Shown piece by piece: positions 12,386 to 24,850 of a DNA stretch of 64,000 nucleotides. The position numbers and the translations under genes are program-made. This DNA is from Octopus sinensis (lineage: Eukaryota): positions 101,122,001-101,186,000 of the forward strand of contig NC_043006.1 of NCBI RefSeq assembly GCF_006345805.1, given 5' to 3'. Under the pieces are notes generated by a model. That model had not been told where the DNA came from and searched no databases. It saw only the letters and a list, made by a program, of their open reading frames with translations. Position 1 is the stretch's first letter; each line of letters starts with the position of its first letter.

Positions 12386-13194
12386 ATCATGCTACACAAT
12401 GTTATTGAGACCCTGCAATGCACAAGCAAAGCCCATGATGGTCTATTTCTCTCACATCTTAGATGCTGCTGCTACTGCACACACATTTTAGATCTTAAAC
12501 AGAGAAGCCACCTGAGTGATTGGCCTAAAATCACCAACAGGCAAACAAACTCCTACCTCTGGTCAACAAATGTATTGCTTCCTTTTTCCCTGCGCTGCCT
12601 TTTCTACTGCAACCATAATGACCCCTGTTCCTTGTCTCAGAGTTTCTCACCCTAACTCATTCCTGAACCATTCATATCTCATCTTCTTACTCCTCCTCAT
12701 TCTGTCCATCCCCATTATCACACCTGCACTAATTAATACACCAATCCTTCCTTCCAAAAATTCTTCTCTCTGGAATCCACTCCCTCTTGGTCTTACTCCA
12801 ACACGGAAAAGTTCTAGAAGAATGTTAATAGCATAAATCTCACCAGTTTTAGAAGAGCCTACCCAGGCCATGAACACTTCTGCCCCCTCCATACTTAGAA
12901 AGTACAAAAAAGAAGCCTGTCGACCTATTGTCATTCATTTTCTATACCTGTCCATCCCAATTCCATTTAAGCAATTCCCCACCCCACCCCCATCTCTCCA
13001 TCACCTGCTAAATATTCAACACACCTTTTGAGTCATTTGTAAAGATTCTGTGTCACGCAAAGCAAATGTCTGAATTTCCTGAATGTTGAAGGGTTTGAAA
13101 TTCATATCAGTGAAGTAAATAGCTCAGAAATTTAATCTCACAGATGTTGTTCCAACAGAGAAGTGATAAAGAATGGAAGAAAAAAATAATTGAT

Positions 13195-13197
13195 AAC

Positions 13198-13250
<53 letters not shown>

Positions 13251-13285
13251 TAATAATGATAATAATAATGATGATGATGATGATG

Positions 13286-13327
<42 letters not shown>

Positions 13328-13339
13328 ATAATAATAATG

Positions 13340-13379
<40 letters not shown>

Positions 13380-13456
13380 TGATGATGATGATAATAATAA
13401 TAATAATGATAATAATAATAATAATAATGATGATGATGATAATGATATTAATAATG

Positions 13457-13493
<37 letters not shown>

Positions 13494-13518
13494 CAACAAC
13501 AACAATAACAATAATAAT

Positions 13519-13561
<43 letters not shown>

Positions 13562-13587
13562 GCAGCAGCAACAACAACAACAACAAC

Positions 13588-13619
<32 letters not shown>

Positions 13620-13621
13620 AA
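13195..13621. repeat. Compound (AAT)n/(GAT)n/(AAC)n array
   Basis: Direct reading; source of the poly-N, poly-I and poly-L ORFs. Confidence 0.97.
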
Positions 13622-14294
13622 CAAGCTGCAATAATATGGGGGAAATTTGATAATTCTACATCATGTAGAAAAATGTGGAATCCATTGATTGAAAAAAAAA
13701 ACAAAAGAAAGATTCATCAGTCTGAGCAAGAACGATTCACAATGAATAAGAGAAAGACAGAAAAAAAAACACTAATAATAAAGAAAAGAAAAAAGTAAAA
13801 CAAATAAAGCTTTACTCAATTTGTTTGACAGGCAAGAAAGAATAATATTGCCATGATAACTTATATTTTGGCAAAAACCAATTAAATTTGAATGCAACTT
13901 CAAAATGGTGTCCTCTTTTTTTTTACTCTTTATTTTGTTTGCTTTTGTTTTGTGGTTTATTTCCTTCCTTTTTTTGTTCTCTTTTTGGAACTTTAAATAT
14001 TCTATATTGCACATTGAACATATCGCTATTATTTGTTTATTTGAAAATATTACTTTACTTGTCAATAATGAAATAGTGTGAAATAACGATATAGCAACAA
14101 CAAAAAAAACAGAAAGGAGAAAAGATTAAATATGGGTTAGGTTTTTTTGGTTTTTTTTTGTCTTTTTACCCTTTTAGGATAAGAAATGTAGAATAACAAA
14201 TTAAAGATTGATTTATTTAACTACATGTAAATATATATATATATATATATATGCACTTACTTAAAGTACATATAGTTACTATATAAAATATAGC

Positions 14295-14338
<44 letters not shown>

Positions 14339-14585
14339 ACATCTTCACCACCACCATCAGCAGCAGCAGTTATGGTATCATTGTCATCATCAACATTAAT
14401 GATAGCAGAATCCTTTTTGTCGCTGTCTTCAACTTCATCATCAAAATTTTCATATCCTCTCCTGCCATACATGAAGCAATGATGACAGTGTGGTTAAGAA
14501 ATCCGTATGGCAGCTGCCTTGTCTCAGGTTCAGTCCCACTATGCAGTTATTTGGGTAATTGTCAACTGCAATAAATTCTTTTTGA

Positions 14586-15302
14586 GTGTGTAATGATATG
14601 CATAAGATCTGGTCATCAAATCTAAGTAGAGATTTCAAACTTAAAATCTTCAAAGCCACGGTCGAACCAATTCTACCAAATGGCTCAGAAACCTGGACGT
14701 TATCAAAGAAGCTTGAGAGGCGGTTAACGTTAGCACACCGGGCGAAAGGCGTAGCCATATTTCGTCTGCCGCTACGTTCTGAGTTCAAATTCCGCTGAGG
14801 TCGACTTTGCCTTTCATCCTTTCGGGGTCGATAAATTAAGTACCAGTTACGCACTGGGGTCGATGTAATCGACTTAATACCTATGTCTGTCCTTGTTTGT
14901 CCCCTCTGTGTTTAGCCCCTTGTGGGTAATAAAGAAATAGGTTGGATAGAACTTACACTTGCTTCCTTATGAGAGCTCAAAATCTCTCGTGGAAGCGTCA
15001 TCCAACCAAAGTACAAATATATGGGAAACTACCACCTGTATCATCTCTTGTGAAAAGTAGAAGAGTCCAGTTTGCTGGACATTGTTGTAGAGATGAAAAC
15101 GAGGTAATCTCTACTCTTCTCCTCTGGAAGCCATCTACTCGCAATATCAGAGGGCGCACACTCTCCTACTCTGATGTAATCTCCAGGGATACAGGCATCC
15201 AGCAACAGGACCTCTGCAATGCTATGATGGACCGTGAAGTCTGGCATAACATAGTAAATTCTATTATCTCGACCACGGTCGAACAATGATGATGATGATG
15301 TG
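14586..15302 (+). mobile_element. 5'-truncated RTE LINE of a second family, interrupted by SINE B, with (GAT)n tail
   Basis: KIWSSNLSRDFKLKIFKATVEPIL.NGSETWTLSKKLERR|LDRTYTCFLMRAQNLSWKRHPT...RRVQFAGHC. Frame is continuous after removing 14726-14943. Confidence 0.85.
14726..14940 (+). mobile_element. SINE family B, 5'-truncated, flanked by GGTT (14722-14725 and 14940-14943)
   Basis: GTTCAAATTCC box B; core CTTTCATCCTTTCGGGGTCGATAAATTAAGTACC; tail AAAGAAATAG. Confidence 0.9.
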
Positions 15303-15569
15303 AAAGAAATTTTGGTAGAGGGGGAAATTGTATGGTAACTGTGTAAAAGACATTAGTAAAGAAGGAATTCCTTAGGACCAATAATTTGGGAAGGAAGGAA
15401 GGATTAGGTGAAAAGATTAATGCAGGATCAGAGGGAGCTGGATGCAACACTGCTGAATGGTGGTGAGACAATCATCATCACCATCATCATCATCATTTAA
15501 AGTTCCTTTTTTCATGCTGGCATGAGTTGGATGGTTTGACAGGAGGTGACCATCTGAAGCGCTGCCCAG

Positions 15570-16405
15570 ACTCCATTCCTTGGGTAGCAATTGTTATTTC
15601 CTATTTGCTTTCTGCTAGAAACTGTGAAAAATGGCTAATATTTCCTTCAAATTTTGCTTTTGTTACATTTATTCAAACCCCAAAGAATCTCTCTCAACAC
15701 ATGGCTTTGATTCTACTCCTGCTCATGATTAGAGTTGCACATATTATCAGTCACTAAGGGACATCATACTCAAGTGGTTAAGGTCAAGCAAACGACAAGC
15801 AGATCTATGGTATTGAACAGAATATTTGTTACAAGGCATAGGAGTGGCTGTGTGCTAAGTAGCTTGCTTACGAACCACATGGTTCTGGGTTCAGTCCCAC
15901 TGCATGGCACCTTGGGCAAGTGTCTTCTACTATAGCCTCAGGCCGACCAAAGCCTTGTGAGTGGGTTTGGTGGACGGAAACTGAAAGAAGCCCATCGTAT
16001 ATATGTATATATATATATATGTGTATGTGTGTTTGTCCTCCCAACATCGCTTGACAACCGATGCTAGTGTGTTTACATCCCCGTAACTTAGTGATTCTGC
16101 AAAAGAGACCGATAGAATAAGTACTGGGCTTACAAAGAATAAGTCCTGGGGTCGATTTGCTCAACTAAAGGCGGTGCTCCAGCATGGCCACAGTCAAATG
16201 ACTGAAACAAGTAAAAATGTATAACGATATTTCTGCTTCAGCAACTCAACATTGAATGTGTCTGAAATGTAATGGAAAATAGGTCAGTTTCAAAACATTG
16301 ATGTCCAGGTCACAAAAGCAATGTTTGAAAGGGAATAGTGGTCATTTCCTTTGATTTGTAGATGGAAGCAAATAGGAAATAATACTTATTGACCAAAGGC
16401 AGAAA

Positions 16406-16410
<5 letters not shown>
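15570..16410 (-). mobile_element. MITE-like family G copy, interrupted by SINE A
   Basis: TTATTTCCTATTTGCT near 15595 and GCAAATAGGAAATAA near 16368; reverse complement of 11935-12385. Confidence 0.6.
15835..16157 (+). mobile_element. SINE A, full length
   Basis: Head GGCATAGGAGTGGCTGTGTG..GGTTCAGTCC through tail GACTGAAACAAGTAAAA. Confidence 0.9.
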
Positions 16411-16439
<29 letters not shown>

Positions 16440-16477
16440 TTTTGTTAAACAATGTTATTCTTGATGATCATATTTAA

Positions 16478-16698
16478 CTGTTTAACATTTAAACCGGCCA
16501 TATCCGGCCAAAAGTATTCTGCCTGTTTAATGTTCAAACTGGCCATATCTGGTCTCTCACACCAACCCTACAATATCATCTTAAAAATTAACAGCTACCG
16601 CATCAAAATCTCATAGCTACAAGATAAGGCATGATTAGTTCAAAACAATTTGGATAAAATAGCATTAATTTTGGCAGAATAATGCAAACACTAAAGGG
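16478..16698 (+). mobile_element. TTAA-flanked MITE family E (piggyBac-like ends)
   Basis: TTAA at 16474 and 16699; right end CTAAAGGG; body matches 62791-63010. Confidence 0.75.
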
Positions 16699-17054
16699 TT
16701 AAACTGACCATATCCAGCCCAAAATGTTTGATTAATTTCAGACAATGTAAATAAATAGCCATTACATTTGACAGAGTAATTTGAATGCTAAACAGTTGAG
16801 GATACAAATGTCACGGGGTTGTGAGACGAGTGGGGGGGGGACTCTCTTGACATGAACAACAAATGAAGGCTTCTCGTTTTTTTGCTTTGGCTGAACGCTC
16901 TGCATGTTTGTAATGATCAAATGCTTGTGTTGTACTTTCGGTCACTCACTTCATCAAATCAACATCGCTCAGTACAGGTGCATGTGGCTCCACACATCAG
17001 TTGTTGAAACGATCACAGACCAATAGGAAATGAAATGAAATGCTTTATTTTTTT

Positions 17055-17262
17055 TCTTTTACTTGTTTCAGTCATTTGGCTGCGGCCATGGTGGAGCACC
17101 GCCTTTTGTCAAGCAAATCAACCCCAAGACTTACTCTTTGTAAGCCTCATACTTATTCTCTCGGCCTCTTTTTGCCAAACCACTAAGTTACGAGGACGTA
17201 AACACACCAGCATCGGTTGTCAATCAATGGTGGAGGGACAAACACACACACGCAAACATTAG

Positions 17263-17298
<36 letters not shown>

Positions 17299-17414
17299 CA
17301 ACGGGCTTCTTTCAGTTTCTGTCTACCAAATCCACTCACAAGGCTTTGGTCAGCCGAGGCTATAGTAGAAGGCACTTGTCCAAGGTGCCATGCAGTGGGA
17401 CAGAACCCTGAACC
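17055..17414 (-). mobile_element. SINE A
   Basis: Reverse complement of the family consensus with internal (CA)(TA). Confidence 0.85.
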
Positions 17415-17769
17415 AGAGCTTTGCTCAAGAAATCAATGCAGTGTGCAATCCAGGAATAGAAACCATGATTTTATAATTGCGCATGCAACACCCTAACCAC
17501 TAGGCCATTTGTACTTTCACAAGTATCATGGTATACTCAGCCACTCATTGATAAGTCAGTGAGTAAGTAATCCATTTGATTGAGCAAATGGACTACTTGT
17601 CATGGAAACCAATAGAGATCCATTCCAGTGAGTTCGTGTGTGATTATGTATTTCTGTTTTGCGTATGTGTGTTTCTATGTGCGTCTGTGTAATTTTGTAT
17701 ATGTCTGTGACTTTCTCTGTGTTTCTGTGTGTGTCTGTGTGTGTGTGTGTGTGTATGAAGAAGATAATC

Positions 17770-18050
17770 AGCTCACAGTTGTAAGGTCATGAGTTCACTT
17801 CCTGGCAACACATTGTGTTCTTGAACAAGACACTTTATTTCACAATGCTCCAATCCATTCACCTGGAAAAATGAGTTATACCTGTATTTCAAAGAACCAG
17901 CCTTGTCTCTCTCTGTGTCATGCTGAATCTCCACAAGAACTGCATTAAAGGTGCACGTGTTTGTGGAGTGCTCAGCCACTTGCATGTTAATTTCATGAGC
18001 AGGCTGATCTGTTGATCGGATCAACTGGAACCCTCATTGACATAAGCAAC
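17770..18050 (+). mobile_element. Degenerate tRNA-headed SINE, head related to 56256-56520
   Basis: GTAAGGTCATGAGTTCACTTCC..TGTGTTCTTGAACAAGACACTTTATTTCAC. Confidence 0.55.
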
Positions 18051-18051
18051 G

Positions 18052-18082
<31 letters not shown>

Positions 18083-18907
18083 TGCTTGCATGTACATCAA
18101 TTTCTGTCATTGTATCTCTAGCCCTTATGATTAAAACATATGGCACATAATGCTTAAAAACCAAATCATGCAACAGACTTCTGATTTCTGGTGCTCTTTG
18201 CTGCACACACCAGGCTATATAACAATTGTGAACAGATGGAATATCTTCAAGCAAAATACACCATTAACGCCAGTTTCCATAAATGACATTGTTCCATATT
18301 AGATTTTACACTGGAATTACTGCAGAGACACGAAGAACTATCTTCATTCATTTTGTCATTCATAGAGGCTATCACTTATAAATAATTCAGAATTCTGCTT
18401 AGTGGCCATTTGTGGATGGTAATTTAAAAGGTGTAAATTCCTTCTCTGAATAAATGCGTAATCATTTATAGCTAGTAAAGGGGATAGCGTGGCTGAGATT
18501 CTAGTTAGTTATAAATTGCACAATAGTATGTAACTAATGTGAGTTATTTAACTACAGAACGCTGATTTAAAACATTATATCACCAGATTAACTGATACAT
18601 TGTGAAATGATAATATAGAATAATTGCATATTAATTATATTGATTGATATTGATTTGACATAAAGCCGGTTTTATGTTACAGAAAGGGAATACTTATAGC
18701 TGATAAAATAACCCCCAAGCATATTGCTGATAGTTATTTTGAAAGACAGAAGCATGATCATGTAGTTAACAAGTTTTGCATTGGAACAATGTGGTTTAGG
18801 GTTCATTCCTACCGTGTGGCAATTTTAGCTAGTGTCTTCTACAATGGCCACAAGCTGTTCAATGCCTTGTGAGTGAATTGGTAAACAGAAAGTTTAAGAA
18901 ACCTGAA

Positions 18908-19140
18908 GGCGGCGAGCTGACAGAATCGTTAGCATGCCCGGCGAAATGCTTTGCGGCATTTTGTCTGTCTTTACGTTCTGAGTTCAAACTTCCCCGAGGT
19001 CGACTTTGCCTTTCATCCTTTCAGGGTCGATAAATTAAGTACCATTTACACACTGGGGTCGATGTAATTGACTTAAACCCTTTGTCTGTCCTTGTTTGTC
19101 TCCTCTATGTTTAGCCCCTTGTGGGCAATAAAGAAATAAG
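18908..19140 (+). mobile_element. SINE B, full length
   Basis: GGCGGCGAGCTGACAGAATCGTTAGC head, core domain, AAAGAAATAAG tail. Confidence 0.9.
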
Positions 19141-19479
19141 AAAGGTTAAGAAACCTGTGTGTTTGTGTGTATGTGTTTTTGTTTTTTTTTTGTCTTGATG
19201 TTTGTATGCCAATTAAAAATAAAGTAACAGGTCACATGACAGGTGTTGTTGTTTACAATCTTCTATTGGAAGTGCTGCAAGGCCCTGTCTCCCACCATTT
19301 CATCTCTCTCCTATCTATGGTACTACACACTGCTGTACTCACCCGAAAGCAGAATCAGCACATATTACATCCCATCCTATCCCAACCCATCCCTAACAGT
19401 CTCCCCCATTCCTCATCGTTCCTACCCACACTATATTTCAACCAATCACTGACTTTCTGTGCTTCAGCCACCGCTCTCT

Positions 19480-19830
19480 TTCACTCACACTCTCTTCCTC
19501 TCACTTTCTCTCTCCCTCCCTTTGTTCTCTCCCTCCTTTTTTCTCTCCCTCCCTTTCTCTCTCTCTCCCTTTCTCCCTCTCTTTCTCTCTCTACCTCTCT
19601 CTTTCTCTCCTCTCCCTTTCTCTCTCCCTCCCTTTCTCTCTCCCTCCTTTTCTCTCTCTCTCCCTTTCTCCCTCTCTTCCTCTCACTTTCTCTCCCTTTC
19701 TCTTTCCCTCCCTTTTTTCTCTCCCTCCTTTTTTCTCTCTCCCTCCCTTTCTCTCTCTCTCCCTTTCTCCCTCTCTTTCTCTCTCTCCCTCTCTCTTTCT
19801 CTCCTGTCTCTCTCCCTCTCAACTATACTT
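19480..19830. repeat. Polypyrimidine (CT/CCTT) low-complexity tract
   Basis: Almost only C and T on the + strand. Confidence 0.95.
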
Positions 19831-20379
19831 TATTCTAAACACTTCTCTTATCTGCTATCACTCTCAATGCCCTCCCATACCTACCATTATAACCCACCTA
19901 CTATAGCTCCTTATATATCTCTATATCTCTCTCCCACCTTGCACATACTTTCTCTCTTCTATTCTATACTCCTACCTGGACCACTTCCACATCGCCCACC
20001 TTACCCTTCTCCTTACTGGCATTTCCAACCATCTACACTCACACATGCACACACTACAATAACCTCTACACACTTGTTCCTCACCCACCACATTAACCTC
20101 TACCTTCACCTGTTCACTCCTCCTCACACTCCTATAGAAGCATCTCCCTAAGCATCTGCTCTAGCACCCAATCACTACCTTCCTTTTATCTCCTTCAGCC
20201 ATGAATCTCCTCTATTGAAAGAATCTTGTGCTTGTCCTATTGAAATTCAGCCATTCTACAATTGGTATAAAACCAACCATCTCCACTTTCCCATTCATCT
20301 TAGAAGTGGGAACTTTGCCTTTTCATGTTCCATTTCCTCTGCTTTTTTTTTCTTTGTCTTACAAGTTACATGGAAGCTT

Positions 20380-20640
20380 CACTAGTGCCAGTGGAATGCA
20401 AAAAAAAAAGCACCCAGTACACTCTGTAAAGTGCTTGGCAAAAAGAAAGGCATCCAGCCATAGAGACCATGACAAAGAGACTTTGGAGCTTGACGTAGCC
20501 CTGCAGCTCTCTGCCAAACTGTCCAGCCCTTGACAGCATGTAAAGTAGACATTAAATGATGATGATGATGATGATGATGATGACGACGATGACGACGACG
20601 ACGACGACGACAATGACGACGATGGTGATAATGATGATAA
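20380..20640 (+). mobile_element. Degenerate RTE-type tail plus (GAT/GAC)n
   Basis: AAAGGCATCCAGCC...CAGCATGTAAAGTAGACATTAAATGATGATG. Confidence 0.7.
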
Positions 20641-22219
20641 AAGTGTCTGGCAATTAAATTTCTCTTTGTTTGAAGTGCTCGAGTAAACAAATATTGCCTT
20701 GCTTGGGAAGAGATGTGAGTTGGCAATTAGATTTTTTTTAAATATACATCAACAAGTGGTGGTGGTGGTGGCGATGGCGGCGGCATTGGTGCTGGTGGTG
20801 CTGGAATATGAAGGCCAAACCAGCTGCAGTGGAATGAAAGCTCAGAATGCAGTTGGGTCTTCAAGTCAGGCATTCCCCCACTTATTCAAACCCACTACTG
20901 AACTAACGATGGGTCACTGAACTTGTTAAAAACAGCAACCAACTCCCCATTGAATTGTTGTTTTAAAAGAAGAGAAGGACCAATTGCTTAATGGACTCTC
21001 ACATCAATTCCAATGTAAGGCTGTTCAGTTGATGAATCAAAGGACAACTTACTCATTGAATTATCATGTAAAGTGTCTGGATATTCCACAAAGATGTTTA
21101 CCTTTAATGAAATTCTAACATGGAATCACCATGACACAAGCAGAACAAAGGCTAAGCTTTTATTGATTTCAAATTTTGGCACAACGCCATTAAATTTGGG
21201 GGATGTCAATTAAATCAATCCCAGGGTTCAACAGGTAACTGTTTTTCATTGACCCCAAAAGAAAGGAAAGCAAAGTCAACCTCATTAGAATTTGAGCTCA
21301 GATGAAATACCACTAAGCATTTTTCCCGGTGTGCTAGTAATTCTGCCAGCTCACCACCTTAAACACAAGGTTTTATTAATTACATGTATATTACAGCAGA
21401 CTTCTGTACACTTTTCCTATTCCAAAATTCACTCACAAGGCTTAGATCAACTGCAGCTATTACAAATGCACTTGATCCAGGTATCAGACAGCTGACTTGA
21501 GACCAGGGCACTATCGCTGCAAAGCAAATTTCTTCATTTCTCAATCGTACCTTCATCCACATTTATATCAGATAATATAATCCTATATCTCCAGATAACA
21601 TATAGTATAGCCATGGCTAGAATATCTTAGATTATAAATCTACTGGATTAAATGATTATGAAATAAGTGTGATAAAGCTAGAGACTTTAAATTACAGGTA
21701 TAGTCTATTGATTAGGCTTCTTTATAATTTCTATCTACCCAGATTTATTCACAAGGCTTGAGTTGACCAGAGACTATCATAAATGCACATGCTCAACATA
21801 CCACACAGTTGGTTCCCACCCAAAACCTCGTGACTATAAAACAAACTTTTTTAACCATCAATCATGTAAGCATCCACAGCCACATTAAAATGATATAATC
21901 CGAAATCCTTTTACTTCAGGCTAAAACTGTGTGTAGACATGGCTGGATTATCCACAGGATCAGGACTGACTTGGAGCTAAATGACAACTCCATACCTCCT
22001 ATGATCAAATTAGATATTAACAGAGATGGAAAGAAAACATAATGTTCCATGACGTTTTTTGTTTTATTAGGTCATGCTGTTACTGAATACTTCAATTTAA
22101 TGTGACGTGTCAAAGGAAATCAGACCAAAAGCCTTCTACTAGAGGGTTACCAGTCATATGGAGGGCATTATTCAAAATATATTTTGGCTATTGTGGTTTA
22201 TATTAGGAAATGTTACATA

Positions 22220-22640
22220 GGCGCAGGAGTGGCTGTGTGGTAAGTAGCTTGCTAACCAACGACATGGTTCCGGGTTCAGTCCCACTGCATGGCATCTTGG
22301 GCAAGTGTCTTCTACTATAGCCCCGGGCCGACCAATGCCTTGTGAGTGGATTTGGTAGACGGAAACTGAAAGAAGCCTGTCGTATATATGTATATATATA
22401 TATATGTATGTGTGTGTATGTGTTTGTGTGTCTGTGTTTGTCTCCCTAGCATTGCTTGACAACCAATGCGCGTGTGTTTACGTCCCCATCACTTAGCGGC
22501 TCGGCAAAAGAGACCGATAGAATAAGTACTGGGCTTACAAAGAATAAGTCCCGGGGTCGATTTGCTCGACTAAAGGCAGAGCTCCAGCATGGCCGCAGTC
22601 AAATGACTGAAACAAGTAAAAGAGTAAAAGAGTAAAAGAG
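22220..22640 (+). mobile_element. SINE A, full length, young
   Basis: Complete head, internal microsatellite, stem-loop and (AGTAAAAG)n tail. Confidence 0.92.
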
Positions 22641-22729
22641 GTAAAATAATTATGTTGCTGACAATAAGAGCAACTTCCTGACATGTAAGGGACAAGCCCA
22701 GAGTGCCTGTAACAAGATTCAATCAGATA

Positions 22730-23000
22730 TCCTAAAATCAATAAGGCTGAAGTTCTTCAGGGCATGTGTTGAGAGCATCCATCTCTTGAAGTTCCTTCAT
22801 CAGTCTTGATGGAACATACACCAGCTTTCTTATTATGGCTCAAAACATCTCATGGCATGGCCACATGGCAATAGAAATGATTTTTGGATACAGTCCATCT
22901 GTTTCTACTGTTGATGACTAATGCAAGATAGGTTTTGTAGGCCACTTTTATCATATTGGGCACAACATCAAAGCGGATGTTTTATTTTGGAGATTTCCGC
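22730..23000 (+). mobile_element. Old remnant of the second RTE family
   Basis: Reads IRLKFFRACVESI and LDGTYTSFLIMAQNISWHGH, homologous to 14586-15289. Confidence 0.6.
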
Positions 23001-24334
23001 AACCTAATGAGAATTAAGACCACTTAACTACATTGATGATATTGACAGAGATACACAGCATGAAACTGGGGTCCTACTACAGGTAAGGGAGACCAAGATT
23101 TCTGGCATGGTCTGGTGAAATCTATCTCAGTTGTTGTCATATGAAGAAGACAATAATATAAGGTTACTTTTTTCAAATTTGCTGCTAAATGTTGAATAAT
23201 AAAATATATATCAATTTTTAAAAGAAAAATAATTTTAAAATAAATATATTAGAATATACTTCTCATTTGCATATTTGCAATAAATCTATGTTACCAGTAA
23301 CAGTAAAACTGTTTAGCCGTCAATTAATAATGGATGTAATATTATCTAATACTACCAACAGTGGCAAGAGTATATTCTCAATATAACTTGTCATGACAAG
23401 TAACATTCTAATTTGTGAATTGTAATCAAGCCAAGAAGATTAGTGCTATTTCCCTTCGGACGATGGTCATACAGAGAGAGAAAGAGAGAGAGACCCTGGC
23501 TTCCATTTGTATTAATAGAAACCGTAAAATGACTGTGAGGTATCAAGAATTGAAATTAAGTCACACACTAGCTGACTTACAACTTTATAAGCCCAGTATA
23601 TACTAATGGTTCATAATCCTGTTAACTCCATTGTACACATAACATCAAGTAATAATATTGGCATGCTTTGTGTGGAAAGTTAGAGTGAACTGGGTTTTAA
23701 AGTTTAAAAATTTGAAAGAATATAGAAATTATTGCATAGTTTGTTGATAAGAAGTCCAAAGTTACAAGTCTTTCGATAATTCCATTACAGAACAGAAATG
23801 AATGACAGAAAGGTTTTAGCATTTTCTCCCTTACATTAGAGAGTCCCAAACATCGTCTACAATGAAAGTAACCAAGGTTAGTATATTTCTTGTGATATTG
23901 TGTGTTTCAGGACTAACTGAAGCATGCAATCCTGTGCAGTACATTGCCATACAGGAAGTTAAAAGCTAATCGTGGTTTCGTGTAAAAGAAAATTATGGAT
24001 AAAATGTTTTGCAAGCTGTTTAGGCATTAGCAAAGATTTTCAAAAGCCATAAATTATTTTATTCATTCGTCCTTTTGATGTCTATGTTTTTCTCTGCTAG
24101 CATGGGTTTCACAGGGGCATACCTGAAGCCAGATTTTAAATCAAGTGGTATCATTGTCATCAACCCATACCTGTTTTTTTTTTTTTCAAATAATTCTTTG
24201 AAACCATTGAGCAACCAGACAGTGACAACAAAGAATAGAAACATCATTCCCCATTTTGCACAAGTAAAGCCATGGAATGTCACCAGCCACACAGACACTC
24301 ACATTCATAAATGCATACATACCTACCACCATGA

Positions 24335-24510
24335 TAGATCGTTAGCCACTACACACTTTTTTTTCTATCCTTGTTTCTTCTGTGTCCCTTTCTGAAGAAG
24401 AGCGTAGGCTCGAAACGTAAAAGACTTTTTCTATTCCTGAGCATTATACGAATACATCTGTTTGTTTTGTACACCACCTGTCTTCGTCTTTTGTTTTTTT
24501 CGTAAACTTT

Positions 24511-24515
<5 letters not shown>
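24335..24515 (+). mobile_element. Probable Penelope-like element terminal-repeat remnant carrying a hammerhead motif
   Basis: Contains CTGAAGAAGAGCGTAGGCTCGAAACGTA. The Penelope assignment rests on the known association of minimal hammerheads with that group; boundaries are approximate. Confidence 0.5.
24388..24423 (+). ncRNA. Minimal type I hammerhead ribozyme motif
   Basis: Stem I CTTT/AAAG; core CTGAAGA plus an extra A; stem II GAGC-GTAG-GCTC; GAAA; palindromic ACGT helix III; GUA cleavage triplet ending at 24419. Confidence 0.75.
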
Positions 24516-24547
<32 letters not shown>

Positions 24548-24850
24548 AAATTTAGAGGACTGACCACTAAAGTAGACAGCCTATATGCTAAACATAGACG
24601 TCAAATCGCCATTACCACGAAGAATGAGTTCTCAAGAAAAATCTCAGCAAAAAAACAAAATGTAAAAATAATCAAGACAAATGAAAATATACGAAATAAA
24701 AAACGATTACCTATGTACCATTGGTTTTACTTGTTAATATTTACGTATATGGACATGCAAATATCTGTAAGATCGTCAGCATAGTCTGTCGTTTACAAAA
24801 CATAATTTCCAGAACATAATTTGTAACATATGTTTTGTAACATATGTTTT

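Noticed and set aside
13107-13798. Long poly-L, poly-I and poly-N ORFs
   Set aside because: Translations of an (AAT)n array that lacks stops in several frames; no coding signal.
19167-20151. 223-aa and 230-aa L/S/F/P-rich ORFs
   Set aside because: A polypyrimidine tract cannot contain stop codons on this strand; no domain motif.
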